A stretch of 63,743 nt of DNA, counting the filler, from Cercozoa sp. M6MM (lineage: Eukaryota > Protista > Endomyxa: Ascetosporea): NCBI GenBank assembly GCA_040357565.1. It is 8 parts of 8 records of this genome, joined end to end, with 100 filler letters (N's around TTAATTAATTAA, not from the genome) between each part and the next. Parts side by side here need not be neighbours in the genome. Positions count along the whole stretch, not along the records: positions 8,638 to 14,344 come from JBDODJ010000861.1; positions 14,445 to 40,970 come from JBDODJ010000147.1; 6 more parts are not named here. One strand, given 5' to 3'. How positions within the stretch are numbered: position 1 is the stretch's first letter; each line of letters starts with the position of its first letter. Positions 13,501 through 26,759 of this stretch are shown here, piece after piece. The notes below the pieces were generated by a model. That model did not search any database, was not told the DNA's origin, and saw only the letters and a list, made by a program, of their open reading frames with translations. The position numbers were made by a program, and so were the translations under genes.

Positions 13501-13602
13501 CCGAGAGGAAGAGCGATGTCTTCCGATACGTGTTCCTCAGACTGAGACTGGACTCCTTTGAACGCTGATACTCGTGACGGTGGTGCGCGCCTTCTGGATC
13601 CA
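10533..13602 (-). CDS. Uncharacterised large protein (Ser-rich N-terminus, coiled coil), multi-exon
   Basis: Chain of minus-strand ORFs 13376-12657, 12454-12041, 11523-10972, 11057-10731 with protein-like composition; no family recognised; ends uncertain. Confidence 0.45.
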
Positions 13603-13629
13603 TGAGCTGCTCCCCATACACGAAAGATA

Positions 13630-13814
13630 CGGTCAAAAAATGCGGTTCATAAGCACTCAACGACAAACAACTGAAAACCTCCTCGCCGAAACATCGACCC
13701 TGCCGACAGCTCTCAGCTCCTAACACGACAAGGAGACGCACAGACACCAAAGACCTAGGAGTTCGAGGTTTAGCTTAAAGCTCGATGTAGGATGTGAACC
13801 GCATTTTTTGACCG
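13630..13814. mobile_element. MITE-like element with perfect 20-bp terminal inverted repeats
   Basis: CGGTCAAAAAATGCGGTTCA (13630-13649) and its exact reverse complement (13795-13814); no clear target-site duplication. Confidence 0.5.
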
Positions 13815-13950
13815 GCGACTGACCGATCACCTTTCGTTTAGCCACAGCCTGACTGGTGTTCAGTCAAATAAAACCAAACCGGAGCGGTTGACTTTAACTC
13901 TTACGTGAGTGTATATTGAAACGATTAAACGAATTAGAGCCGGTGAAACG

Positions 13951-14000
13951 CCCCAGACACTTTGGAAGTTCCGCTGGACATCTTCTTCAAGGTTGGTACC
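13951..14000 (-). mobile_element. Fragment of LINE 3' UTR repeat family
   Basis: Reverse complement contains CCAACCTTGAAGAAGATGTCC..CGGAACTTC, matching 35735-35772. Confidence 0.65.
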
Positions 14001-14093
14001 AAGTGGTTTATACACTTATACTCGACTGTCGTGCAAGTAGTAGCGCTAGCCGTAAAAGTGTAGATTCAGTTTGGTACTGTCGTGTAAATGACT

Positions 14094-14330
14094 TTAGCTA
14101 TCGGCGGACATGGACTTCTCGTCCGACGAGTCACTGCGATGGACCGACTGATCGGAGTGCTCGATCGAATGATCAGACAGATCGACCGAGTGATCGGACT
14201 GATCGATCGACTGATCTAACTGATCAATCACGTGACCATACATCGGGAGGTAGCGCTCGTCGCGCGGCGGTGTCTGCACGCCTCGCGCGTCGCAGCACGC
14301 GTCCAGCGCTTTCAGGTAGCACTGCACGGG
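14094..14330 (-). CDS. 3' end of an unidentified gene
   Basis: CYLKALDACCDARGVQTPPRDERYLPI | DSSDEKSMSADS* after removing a GATC-rich GT-AG intron (about 14134-14240). Confidence 0.5.
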   Translation of the reverse strand, partial: PVQCYLKALDACCDARGVQTPPRDERYLPMYGHVIDQLDQSIDQSDHSVDLSDHSIEHSDQSVHRSDSSDEKSMSADS

Positions 14331-14477
14331 GGGGGGGGGGGGGGNNNNNNNNNNNNNNNNNNNNNNNNNNNNNNNNNNNNNNNNNNNNTTAATTAATTAA
14401 NNNNNNNNNNNNNNNNNNNNNNNNNNNNNNNNNNNNNNNNNNNNCCAGCTTCCCCCCTCTTTTCCCCCCCCCCCCCT

Positions 14478-15624
14478 AGTGCGTATCGACGCTGCCGGAG
14501 TCGGTGGCGCAGCGATGGAGTCTGCGCGACGGTGGCGCACGTGCGCAGCGAGTGCAGACGGTGGCACTGGCGCACATGGCCACTGGCAGCACGTGCGATC
14601 TGACTCAGCACGTGGCCACTCAGTCAGCCTACAGTGAGAACGGTACGTTACCCCCCCCCCTTACCCCCTTTTACCCCCCACCCATGTCGGCGCAGGCGTG
14701 ATGACGGCGCTGGAGGAGACAGCGGCGGCACGTGCCAAGTCACGTGTCTCCGACCCTGCGGTCACTCAGCACTGGTGCGTCCACGCGGCTGCACGTGCTG
14801 GCTTGGAGGTAGACTACCTTTGACCCGTGCACCCTCTCCCCTTTACCCCCCTCCCCCAGACGCCGCGCACAGACTACGAGCGCGCGCTGCACGTGGCCGT
14901 GGCGAAGGCGACGCACGCGCTGCTGGTGCGCGACGGCGCTTTCGCGGCGCAGGCGCGCTGCGAGTACGTTTTTACCCCCCAGTTTACCCCCTCTTTACCC
15001 CCTTTACCCCCCCCCCCCCCCTCGTTTACTCCTCTTTACCCCCCAGTTTACCCCCCTCTTTACCCCCCGCCCCTGTTACTTACAAATTTACCTGCCCCGG
15101 CACGTAGCGACACGGGCAAGGTGGCGCTGCTGGGTCACGTGGTGGACACGTGGACGCAGTCGCTGCTCCGCGCGGAGGATGAGGACGTCCGCGCGGAGCT
15201 GGCGTCGGCACAGACGGCGCTGCAGGCGGCCGTGTCGACCGAGTCGGTGCAGCAGTGGCTCATGTCGACTCTGGCCGTGATGCAGCATCCCAAGGCTGCT
15301 TTGTCGAACACGTCGAGCGACATGTCCGACGTCGACACTGTGCGCGCTGCTGTGGCGCAGGTATCCCCCCCCCCATTTATACCATCCCCCCTATACCCCC
15401 CTGTGTGATAGGGCGTGTGCAAGCTCATGCTGCAGCACCTGCGCACGTCGCTGGACCTGCTGCAGGAGCCGCTGGACGCAGCGCAGTCGCGCCGGACGCA
15501 GCAGCTGCAGCGCGTGCTTGACAAGGCACTAACGCACGCCGACGGTATTACCGACACTGAGTGGCACCGCGCGCACTTCTTCCGCCTGCACCACGCTGAT
15601 TCCGAGGCTACCACGGCACTCTAA
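14478..15624 (+). CDS. Uncharacterised helical protein, 5'-truncated
   Basis: GC-rich exons (TDYERALHVAVAKATH; DTGKVALLGHVVDTW; GVCKLMLQHLR) separated by C-rich GT-AG introns; stop at 15624. Confidence 0.6.
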
Positions 15625-15918
15625 GCGCATCCACCACCGTGATCATTACTCGCACTTCTCTATGCCACTGACATCTATGCCACTGACCCCTGACGTTAGT
15701 CTAGAGCTCGAGTTATCCGATCTTACTTATCTCTATCGTATCTAGTTTAACCGATCGCTTCAGTCAATTTGCTGGCCGGCATTCGAGTCGAGACAGTAGA
15801 GCGAAACTTAAGTTCAGTTTTATACGACTGCTGCGATCTGCACAAAGAAACATGTACAGGCACCAGCGAAGACAAGAGTCACGGGGCCCCACGACCTCGC
15901 AAACATGTACATGTAAGT

Positions 15919-16448
15919 TTACAGTACCGTGAGTACGTAGGAACCCTCTTCTTCTACATCATAGCCGAACACCGCCACATACACTGTTTGACACTGCCAG
16001 AAAGAAACAGAGTGTTCAGGTTTAGATTCTGTGATCCACAGCGCCACAGCGCTAGCAGGAGCTCGTACCGCAGTCAAGTCAGTCTCAAACTCGGTCGTCA
16101 AGTTGTTCGTACAGTCGGTATTATCGTCTTGCCCAGCGATGCACTGCGGCGTGCCTCCATTGTTGGCGTCGAAGACCACGATCTGCAAGTGTGATCATGA
16201 ACTCAAGGTGACACTGATATCAGTGAGGTACAGACTCGACGTACCTGAGTGTCGAAGTTAGCGCTGTCGCAAGTGGAGAACAGATACGTTCCTGTCGCTG
16301 GTACGCGCCAGCGGTACACAATGGCGGGGTTTCCTGGCTCATACTCAACAGAGTCCATGCATTCGCCTTCAAGGCCGGTTCCTTCGAGTCCGACAGTAAT
16401 TCCAGTGCTGGTGTCGTCCGTTAGAACCAGCGGTAGCTGCGCATGCAA
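15919..16448 (-). CDS. Pre-peptidase C-terminal (PPC)-like beta-sandwich domain, gene or gene remnant
   Basis: IVYRWRVPATGTYLFSTCDSANFDTQ | IVVFD..CIAGQDDNTDC..QTVYVAVFGYDVEEEGSYVLTV* fits the PPC-like pattern; has GT-AG introns; no clear start. Confidence 0.6.
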
Positions 16449-16739
16449 TCAGCCACAATGCCAACAAGGTTAGTTCCCACTTCTGTTGGAAGTGTCCGGT
16501 TTCTCAAAACAAATTTAGAGAATGCTGTCGATACGGGAGCGATGGAATGAATGTTGCGAGTGCTGCGCGTGCTGGGCGGAATCCACTCTGGTAGGGGAAG
16601 ACACAATCCGTCTTCGGAGATTTCATCACGACTACGTTTACGCATCGTATTCGTTCGTTCCCACATATAAAATGACCAGTTCATGGTTTTATGAGATACT
16701 GTACGTGCATTGAAAGTCTTCATCGCTGCAAATCACTTC

Positions 16740-16891
16740 CACTGGTGCTTGGCATTCCAACAAACGCGCCGAATCGTTGCTTGGCCGACGTTCAAGGCGG
16801 ACTTCCTGATGGATCGTCGTGTTCTTGCAACTATGAGTGCGCCGTTGGCTTAGTGTGTGTCGGTGGCGCCACTCTCGACCCTTCCCTTCAG
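16740..16891 (+). pseudogene. Isolated Cys-rich repeat exon (GxxCxCxxECxxGLxC)
   Basis: DGSSCSCNYECAVGLVC resembles the repeats of the gene at 36135-37230; no start or continuation evident. Confidence 0.4.
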
Positions 16892-17094
16892 GTACTCAAG
16901 CTCTGTAGCGCTGAGAGCGGAGAACTTTGGCTCACAGTCTTCAAAATCTTAATCTCGCTCTCGTCTGAGCTTGAGTACCCACGGCACAGCGCTACAATAC
17001 GGAACGGTAGCTGGAGACAGCTGCCGTGCTTTGCCAAAATAAGAAAGAGTCCGAAAGAAATCCCGAACGCGACGGGGGGCGCTTCCCAGAAAAA

Positions 17095-17528
17095 TTACTC
17101 GAGGGTGCCGAGAATGTCCTCCTCGTTGAGCAGCAGGTACTCCTCGTCCTCGACCGTCATGCGCGCGCCGCCAAAGTCCGGCAGCAGCACCTTCTGGCCC
17201 TCCTGCAACACCATGCTGGCGAACGTGCCGTCAGCGTTGCGCGCGCCTGCAGAAATAATCACAGTTTAATACCAACTCGTCTGACAGGCAGAACCAGGCG
17301 AGCTGTACCCTGACCAACGGCAACGACGACGCCCTCGTTCAACAACCGCTTCTGCGCCGACTCCGGCAGCAGAACACCGCCCTTGGACTGCGTCTCCGCC
17401 TTCACGCGACGCACCAGCACGCGGTTGAACAGCGGCTTGAGGTTCTTCAGCGACGACTGCAAAACAAACAACACTTCACAAAACAACAACGCGCGCATTC
17501 TGTGCGACATAAAGCCAACTGCTACCAT
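17095..17528 (-). CDS. HSP10: Mitochondrial 10 kDa chaperonin (Hsp10/Cpn10)
   Basis: M | SSLKNLKPLFNRVLVRRVKAETQSKGGVLLPES..GVVVAVGQG | ARNADG..KVLLPDFGG..EEYLLLNEEDILGTLE*. Confidence 0.96.
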
Positions 17529-17918
17529 TGTTACTTGCACACACACGCACACGGACGCAACAGCGACACAAGCAGCGTTTGCGCGCACGTAGCCACTTGA
17601 TTCGATGTTGCGTTCGAAATTCCCATGGAATTTTCGAATTTCACGATCTCGTACCAGTGTGCGACTCATATCTGATCAGGCGACAGTAGCTTAGGGAATT
17701 TTTGCACTGCCGTAATACCGAGAGAACTTGATAAACTGTGTCCGACGTCCTCGTGATTATCACGGGTCGCGATTACGCACTTCAGTTGAGTCCTTCTGGC
17801 GGAACGTACATTTGCAAGGCTGTCATGCTCGCGACGTTGCACTGCGCAAAAATAATCGCCGTGTACAATTGTAATCTATCTTGGCCAGTAGTATCACAGG
17901 TTGTAACAGGACGTAAAC

Positions 17919-20100
17919 TTACATGTGTTGCAAGGCTTCCATTTGTATGATCAGCAGTTGATGCTGTTGTTTGGCAAATCGGCGGAAGACCGGGGTTTGC
18001 ACGAACTCGCGCACGATGTTTCCATACGTGAGCGAGCGTACCACTTGGTCCACTTGAGCCAAGTGCTTCAGAAATCTAAGCGACACGTAGCGAGGAACTT
18101 CCTTCATCAGAAACTACAAACAAATGTGCTTATACCGCAAAATGAGGAAAGGAACTCCAGTAGCATACAATATAATCGCAATCGTCGGTGCATTTGTCCA
18201 GCCCATGCAGCTCGTCCCGCCACGCATCGCGAACTTGGCTCATCAAACGTGCGCTAATGTTCAGTTGCCATTTCGAGCCCAACGAAAGAAAGTGCGACAT
18301 GAGCCAAGCCGCAACAGCAACCGAAACGCCCTGCCTCAACAAGCTCGCAAAAAGCCAAACAACTGAAAGGAGAGAAACCTACATGCTTGGGTCTGATATG
18401 AAGATCTGCTTTAGTCATTTCTGTGTCCATCGTGAGCTTCAAGGACTCGTCGTCGGACAACCCGGCTTTGTTCTTTCGAATTCTGTCAACCTCGCAGTGC
18501 TCGAGGTACTGACGCAGCGCATCCTAGCAAACACATCATTGGCTGAACTAGTATACAAGTGCAGACTAATACAAACTCACCGGAGAGCAACCGCACAGCA
18601 CCGCTCGGTAGGCCACGATCCACTGTATACAAATTTTATCCAGTCAAGGTGCTAAAGATACACAACAGGGTGAGGTCAGGTACCAACAGGAGTTCGTCAG
18701 AGAAGCGAGAGGCAGTGTACGACGCAACTGCGCACGAAAACACCGCCAGTCATACACGTACCTTCGTGAACACTGCTTTGAGTTGAATGTACGGAGCTGT
18801 CGACCCTCAGAGTGTGCAAGGATCCGCTCGAGAGTCCAGAGCGACAGATTCACTTCAAGGCGTCGTGCTCGCACCAAACGGCGGTCCTGGACGCAACTAA
18901 TACTAAAACTGACAGAGAAAAGAGGACCTCAATACCTGCACTGCCAGTGTAGGCAGCAGCACTGCCACGAGCACGAGCAGCAAGGCACTCGATGCAGTGA
19001 TTAAAGTCACACTGTGCTCAAACACACATGCCCAAACAAAGTGCATTTATTTCTAAATAAATACATAAATTTATATGCCCACTAAAGTTGCAATTGTACG
19101 CCAGAGTGCGCACGTCTCGCTGCAGCTCAAAAAACGACGTTGAGACAAACAAAACGATCTCGGCAGCAGTGGTGTCGATGTTGTCGCGTGCTTTTTGAGC
19201 TGACTCGAGGTCGACATTCGCGAGAGCCGCGTCGCGCGTGGCAGTAAAGTTCGCGTAGTCCGACGGGTCGCTCATATTGAGTGCGTTTCTGAGGGCGGCA
19301 AGTTCAAGCGCCTTCGCCGTGGTTTGCTCCACAATGTCACAGATCGTTTGAAGTTGCTCGGCGAAAAAATCGGCTTCGTTTTTGTGGCCAGTGTTTTGAA
19401 GTTCAACAACATTCACGGTGATTGCTTCGTGGATGGCGTTGCTCGCAACAGCAGCGACTCTACATTTTGCAAGCAGTGCACACGCCTCAAACTATACGAT
19501 CAAATCGCAAAATCAACAGATACCCAAGAACAATGCTGTTGTCGGGAGAGTCATACTCCACGGATCCGAGCATTTGGGGTGGCAGGTGCACACCGATTGG
19601 CGCTATGTTTTTTACTCCGATCGCGGCGGAGTAGGGAGTCACGCTGTGGTTGGTGGTCGCACGGGCATGCAAACGAAGTAGCGCAAACCACACTGCCAAC
19701 TGCACGCACGCACAAAGCAATTCCGCGAGACACATGAAACCACAAGTACAGAAGGGGTAAATTTACCTCCACGAAAGCAATGACACCGAGAAGCACAAAT
19801 AGGACGACGCCAGCGCCGTTTACCAGCTTGTACAGATTCTACAGATACGACGTCCACACAAGTTGTGTACCAATCGGAAACAAAAATATCGTCAATCATA
19901 CCTGTAGCTGTTTGGAATCATGTTTGAGAAGGCCTTCATTTCCTTTCATCTGCATTGAATTCAAGGAATACAAAGAAGTAACCTCACATCGACATCCAAA
20001 TGGAGTTCGCATAGTAATAGTACGCTCTTTTTGATTTCCTCCAGTGTTTTGGTGAGCTGGGATGCCTGGCGTTTGTGCCTGCTCCAAACAACAATCATGT
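17919..20100 (-). CDS. One or two orphan multi-exon genes
   Basis: Protein-like exons (19416-19018 helical; hydrophobic LLLVLVAVLLPTLAVQ near 18960; 18107-17919); structure unresolved. Confidence 0.3.
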
Positions 20101-21181
20101 TCTCCACGAACTACGTGGTCTGAATGCAGCGCTTATACCATGATGCGACAATTGTCATGGACACGATAACAATTCCGCTAAAGCCTACGAGAGCATAAGC
20201 CAGCCTATCGGTGACTTTGATCACGCTCTCAGATTCTGGTACTGTTATCTAAACCAGAAAAATGGGCAACTTTGCACGAGAGGTGAGCTTGAAAAGTGAA
20301 GAACGGATCATACCGCCGTGATGGCTTCAGTGGCATCAAGCACGCCTTGGTAAGAAGCATTGTATGTGTTGACGATGATATTTTGCGCCATATAGCTCCA
20401 CTGGAACAAATCCGACGGCCAAAAAAGAATCGTCCCTGTATCTGACGCAGGCGCGACTAAATTTACCAAACAAGCCTTCTAGGATAAAATGGAAAACTAC
20501 AACTTTCGCATATTGGTGGGAGAGATAAACTACGGGTTCCATTTCCGCCCTGCATGCGATCGATAGCATCGTCCACAATATCAATAACATAGCTTGAGAG
20601 TTGGTAGCCATCGAGGGTCAAAACGCGCGTGCCAATCGTTTCTGTTCGCAATAGAAAACTCAATAGGATGTCGATTTTTAATTCAAGTGTCTTACCAATC
20701 ACAATCGACGCGATTTTTTTTGCCGAGGCTAAAACAGCCTTTCGGGCTTCGTTTTCTGTCAAGTGTCAACATCGCATCACACTCGGTTGGTAAACTATAG
20801 TACCTTCCGGCAAGTTTTGGATCAGGTTTTCGACAGCTGTGCGAATATGAGTCACCTCAAGAATGCTGTCTCGGAACTCGGCTGTGTAAATAAGTTGAAG
20901 CAAATTTAAGACTCATAACCAGAAAATAAACATCTGACCTGACAGTTCCGAATGCAGGTTGAGCGGCTGCTGTGTTTTTAACGCCGTAAAAACAGGAGTG
21001 GTCGCAGATACCGACTGCAAGTATTTCATACAAGTAAATTAAACTTAAGGGCACCAGTTTTTAAATTGAGTTCACCTTTTGCGTAAACTCGCCCCACTTA
21101 AAAAGTAGATTCAGTTCGCTTCGCATCCGATTCGTAACCAAGTTTCGGAGTTGTAGATGGCAGACTGGATACACTGCAGCG

Positions 21182-24100
21182 GTGAAACAGCACGCCAAAA
21201 GACAGCAAAACAATACGAAGCAATGTCAGGAGCAACGCAGACGTGAACAAAATCGAGAGCTTCGGGCCGATAAGCACAGTAATAACTACCCAGCTGCAGT
21301 ACTAAATAATCTTGCATTTACCACGACAAAAATCCGCAAACAGCGGCGACTGCGCTTGAAATTTTTGTTTTTTGAGTGCAAGGCAGCATCATAGTTCTGG
21401 TATAAGTTTACACAGCGTTTGCAGGTCAACAACACTAAGGCAAATCAAAACAAAACAGTTACCTGCTTTACAGAGGCGCGGCGCTGTTGCGACTGTGACA
21501 AGCGTCGGATGGATAAGCGCTGCTTCAACAACTTGTCGGGATTCTCCTCACTGGGTGGGTGTCAAACACGTGGGTCAGCACAAAATGAAAAACAAAACGC
21601 TTACGCTGGGTCATCTTTCTGTCGCCTCAACCAATGGTTCGTGGTCTCCAGGAGAAGGGAATTTTCGTTATACGCAAAGGACCTGGAACATACTCAATTC
21701 GCAGCCCATGTGTTGGCACATTGACACAAAGCTGTCAGTACTTCAAAGCAACGCGAACAGGCACATCATCTTCCATGCCATCCCTGAATTCACAGCAACA
21801 TGATTTTAAAAAAAATGAAGGCTGCAGTCACAAACGAATTTTACGGCAGAAAGGATTGAACGCGTCGGTGAAGATCCATCAATTCCGTGCCTGGCTTCAC
21901 TTGATAACTCCAGCGACGGAAAGGAATCATGAAGTGATCATGCACCAACATGATCCGGGCTTGTCACCAACTTTTCCAAAAACGCAGCTGAGTGGAGAAA
22001 ACGCTATGCTGCATGTTTAAATCCAACTTCTCGATAACTATTTTAGCGTTATGGGCGCACCATGTGGCGAAACGCTCGTGTATTTTTCGTATTTGTCTTG
22101 AACAACCGCCTCGAGGCATTTTTGTCCGCTTGTGTGCGTTTGCAGGAACAGACCTCATCTAAAGACGGTTCTGCAAGCAAATAACTGCGAAATTTATCCG
22201 ATACCGTGCAAAATCTGCTGTCGTGCCGTGGAACTGACAAATGGAAGTGTTCGAGGCGGTGCACGCGAAACTCGCCACCGTCATCGACCGCAATCTGCCG
22301 CTTGACTCGTTTGCTTTGCAGATGGTCGACGGAGAAAACCCACATGACCTTGGAGATGTCGAGATGCGTACTGTTGGTGCCTTGAAGCAATCCGGATTGA
22401 AAGTCAACGAGAGGCTGAGCAAAGAATACGAGGACGCGCTCCATCAGTTCTTCCTTGCCGACGCGAGACAACGCAAAGGCGAACCGACTAAAGCACGTGC
22501 GGACCACCTCTCTCACAGTGCCAAATGTGGCGCTTTTGCCGTCTGCGTCTTGCAGCTCATCTCGAACGGTATTTTTCGTATTTATATCTGTGTGACTGGA
22601 CGCGCGTAGGTCAATTTTAGTATTTTCTTTTTCAGAAACAAGTCAAGATCTGACGATCGACAACATTGATCTGCAGAACAAGCTTTTCTTGTGCACTGTC
22701 GTTGCTTCTAGCTTGCTTCTGCGTGATACCACAGGTCTGACAGTACAAGAGTGTGAACGACGTCGTTTCCTGCTCAAAGCAGCGCGCTTCTGGTTGATAG
22801 CACAATGTGACAACGAGACTCTCCCGCAAGAAGCAATCTGGCGGTGCTACGTGAGGTGCTTTTTGACGGATGCTTGCACCGGTCGCTCGATATGCCGAAT
22901 CAGCGCCCATACAACCGCCGAGTTCATGCATCGACTCCTGTTGGCGCACGCATGGGTGTCGGAAACGAAAGGCGTGCAGAAGCGCAATGCAAAGATTGCG
23001 TGTCATCTGAGCGGCCACACGACACAAGAAGAAGATGACTTCTGCTTAAAGTATGGAGTGGCACCTGTGTCGTCCCTTGCCTGGTCGGCTTTGTGTGAAT
23101 CCGGAATGACGCAGCTGCTCGAAGAGGCGCATTATGCCAAGTTGATTCCGTCTTTAAAAGGCGATGTGGTAAGTTTCGACTGTGCCCTGAATATTGGTTT
23201 GAAATTAAAACTCTCTGCAGAAAGCACATGCGACAGCCTGGGGTATTCTCGTCAAGCGAGTCGGGGCACATCGTCGAATGATCTCAAACCCGCCAGTGAA
23301 GTTTGAAGAGGTGCCACTTGTTGTCTTTTGTACAACGTATTCAACCTTATGGTACAGCTTGGGTCTACAGGCACAGAAGTGGACTTTCGACATGCGATCC
23401 GACCTGCGAACGCTGGCCGAGCTCGATGCGAGTGAGAATGTGGAAGTGATGGTCAGTGTCTCAAGTGTGGTGCGCATGTTTGCTCGCCTGTTGCCGCCCA
23501 TCATCGCGCCCGATCTGGCGCTGGAAGTTTCGGAGTTGAGCAACTCTCTGTGGCCTTCGTCGCTGATCGGATTGCCTGTCGCGGCGTGTGCCCTGAGAGT
23601 CCTGCAGCGCGACGTCGCTCAAATAGGCTTCGTTCGCGAGAAGCTATGTCATCTTGTCGAAAGTGCGGGCAGCAACTTGCGAGCGAGTCTCGGGTACGAT
23701 AAGCACTTTCTCTTTTGTGTTCGTGTTTACAGGACTCTCTTTTTCATATATAGGCACACAGAGAAAGTGAGCGACATGCTGAACGACTTGTTTGCACTGT
23801 GTCGCGACACGGGGATCCTCGTTCATTTCGCGAGCGATGACTACGCCGAAGACAGAAGCGAGGAGGAATCTGACGACGGTGACAGCGACGCCAACGACAG
23901 CCACAAAGACGAAAGCAAGGAGGGTCAGGATGCAGACAAGGCCAGCGACTACGAGGGCATTCCTCCATTCACGGCGCGCTTCCGACTCCGCGATGGTGCC
24001 GTCGTTGTTCGAATTGATACACAACACCCACTTTGGATGAGCCTTTCGTTGGTACACTGTATCTTATCGAAATTTTACCACTAAATGATAAATTATGCAA

Positions 24101-25136
24101 ATCGAACTCTTTGCTCTTGTAGGAGACGGTGCACGGCTTGCTTCTCTCACTTCTCAACATCGCCGGTGAGCACAATGCGGTTCATCGCGCACGCCTTGTG
24201 AAAACTGTAACTCTGTTGTTTGTTGTTCGTTGTTTGTTGTCCGTTGTTTGTTGTTGTTGTGGAAGCTAATTCACCGATCAACGTTTGGTTGTTTTCACTC
24301 GTAGATCCTCCTCCCTCGACTGACAAAGGCCCTCCGCAGTGGAGAACTTAAAGTGCAAGTGGCTCACAAGGTACTGACTGCATCTTCAGTGACTGCATCT
24401 TCAGTGTGATGATTTTATTGAATTGTTTTAATTCATGCAAACAGTATGTTCGACTTGTGGCGACAACGTACGCCGTCGCTTTGCTGCGGCAAAAGTGCGC
24501 CGTCGCAGCACGTAAACTATCGCAGGAGAAGAATGGACAGGTGCAGTTGACTGACGTGATGCAGGAGCTAGGTGGCAAAGAAGCAGCGCGAATGAGTCGC
24601 ATCACTATGCAGCGAGCCGCTCTCTGTGTAGCTCGTGCAGAATTGCTTCATTCGATCGGTACTCTCATCTCGCTGCATTAAAAGCGTGGTGTCCTGTCAC
24701 TCTCGTTTAATCAGCTGGTTGCGGAGCACTCTCGTGCTTGACGCCGGAAGCCGTCGCATCACTCACGGGTGCTAGCCATCCCAACGGCAGCGAACTGGAT
24801 TTAACGCATCTGTGGCTGCGAATGCTTCACCGAGCAGCTGCTCTGCCAGGTCAAACGCGCTTTCCATGCGCCGAATCAACCGAATTCACTGTATTATCTA
24901 TACTCTTCTTTTGAGCAGACGAGGCAACAAGCGTCAGCTCGGCTCTCGTTGGCCTGGATTTAATTCTCCAGATGAGTGCACTGCCTCCAGATATTCAAGA
25001 AAGCTGGTTTCTGGAGCAGCGCAACGCTTGTCTTGGAACTTCCGATGCGCCCTCGAAAGCGGGACCGAACCCGAAACTTAAATCTCCCACTACGCTGAAT
25101 GGAAGTGCTGAAAACTCCTCGGTTAGCCACGTGTAG
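21182..25136 (+). CDS. Large uncharacterised helical protein, multi-exon
   Basis: Long exons 22241-22570, 22689-23300, 23290-24050, 24445-24660 with an acidic loop; no family recognised. Confidence 0.5.
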
Positions 25137-25668
25137 CCTCGTCACTGGAATTTATTTAGACGTTAATCACGTAAATTCGCGCAATTGTTTCGTTTAGGCA
25201 GTTTAGCTATCAACCAAGCATACAGTACGAAAAATACAGCCGAGTTGCCCTAGTAGGACATCCTACAGGCAAGTACGGGCACAGTTCAGTTCAGTTTACA
25301 GTAGTAGCGGAGCTATATTCCACAACAGTAAAATGTACATGTACAAGCGATAGATCAGGATTGGTCGGGAGTGAGTGCGAGCGTAGCCTAGTGAGTGGAT
25401 CTCATGACAAGTTCGCAAGGTCGCACATCCGAATTCCCCTTCCGACTTTGTTTCGTTTTTCAAGTTTCAGTTCAAAGAGTTCAGTCGTTTGGTTGGTGGC
25501 ATCGTTCTTGCAATTTAACCAGGCTGCAGGCTCAAAGAGTAAGCAATGAGTGCCGTGCTAACTTACACTAAAAAATACCTTTAAACTACTATCGGTACAT
25601 TTAAAAACCCTCCGTGCGGAATGCGAAGTCCGAGGCAGGGAAACCCTTGTTGAACCTTAGACAGTTTG

Positions 25669-26510
25669 ATGGCAATGATCGCTGCTGTTCTCTTGTTGTC
25701 TACACTTGTCGGCGCTCCGGCGAGTACACTGACCACAGACGAAGACCTATCGTGCGACGCGAGCTCAATTCCGAACCGAGCCGAGACAGCTCAATCTGAC
25801 GATGCGTTATCGGCAGCGTCGAGCCTTGAGTCTGAGGTTGTAAGTCAGTTTGAATCGAAAGAACAAAACGTCACACTTCTCGCCTAATATAAGTTTATTG
25901 ACTGTATAAATTTACTGTGCATGTATTGATTTGAGTTTCTTCGTTTCAGCATGATGCTATCCCCGACTTGTTGGCTGGTTTAAGCGACGGTAGAAAGTGG
26001 TACGGCGACCCCGCGTACCTTTCAGACGATGACGTTGGTGTCTTTAAAATCGTCTTGGAACGCTACCCGACGCGCATAAAACCGACTGCACAGGATGCAT
26101 ACACATTGAGGAATGAGTGCGACTCCGACTCTGACAGCTGCTACTTTTGGCGGAGAGACTGTAAATTTACAATGCAATTATCTCTCCTTTTTGCAGTTAA
26201 TTTACTTCAGAATTGCAGCTTTACGTGTAGACCGAGGAAGCAGCTCAATGGAACTCTGTCGATACTACAATGGCAAGCGAACTCCGAGTCGGTGCTCAAC
26301 GAAAGATGATTATTTCGGAGTCGGTAAAATACTTCAGTTCGAGTTTTACATCTTACGGCTTTTCTTTGACTCTCACCTGCCGTTCTTGAGCTCTGCAGTC
26401 GAATCGCCGAGTGTCTCATCAAATTTGGAGGCCTTGCGACCAATGGAGCCGATGGAGCCCAATTTAACTCATGTCTCGCTGAGACAGCCAAGTTGTGCCG
26501 CTCCCATTGA
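25669..26510 (+). CDS. Putative secreted small Cys-containing orphan protein
   Basis: Signal-peptide-like MAMIAAVLLLSTLVGA, acidic linker, several Cys; GT-AG introns. Confidence 0.5.
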
Positions 26511-26759
26511 AACCACAGATGCTCCGACTATTCGGAGATGGACAGTGGTACGTGTCTTCTCTCCCTCGTAGTTATTCCTGTCCTTTTCGATGCGTACGAC
26601 AGGTGGTATCCAACACGAGAGGTGCCAACGGCTTGATCCATCTAGTACCTTACACTGAAAGAACCCGCACTCACCGACACAAAGGTGGTACAGCACAGTG
26701 CAACCTGGGGGGGGGGGGGGGGGGTATTTTCGGAAATTGGTGAGGATCAACTGCTTTCA

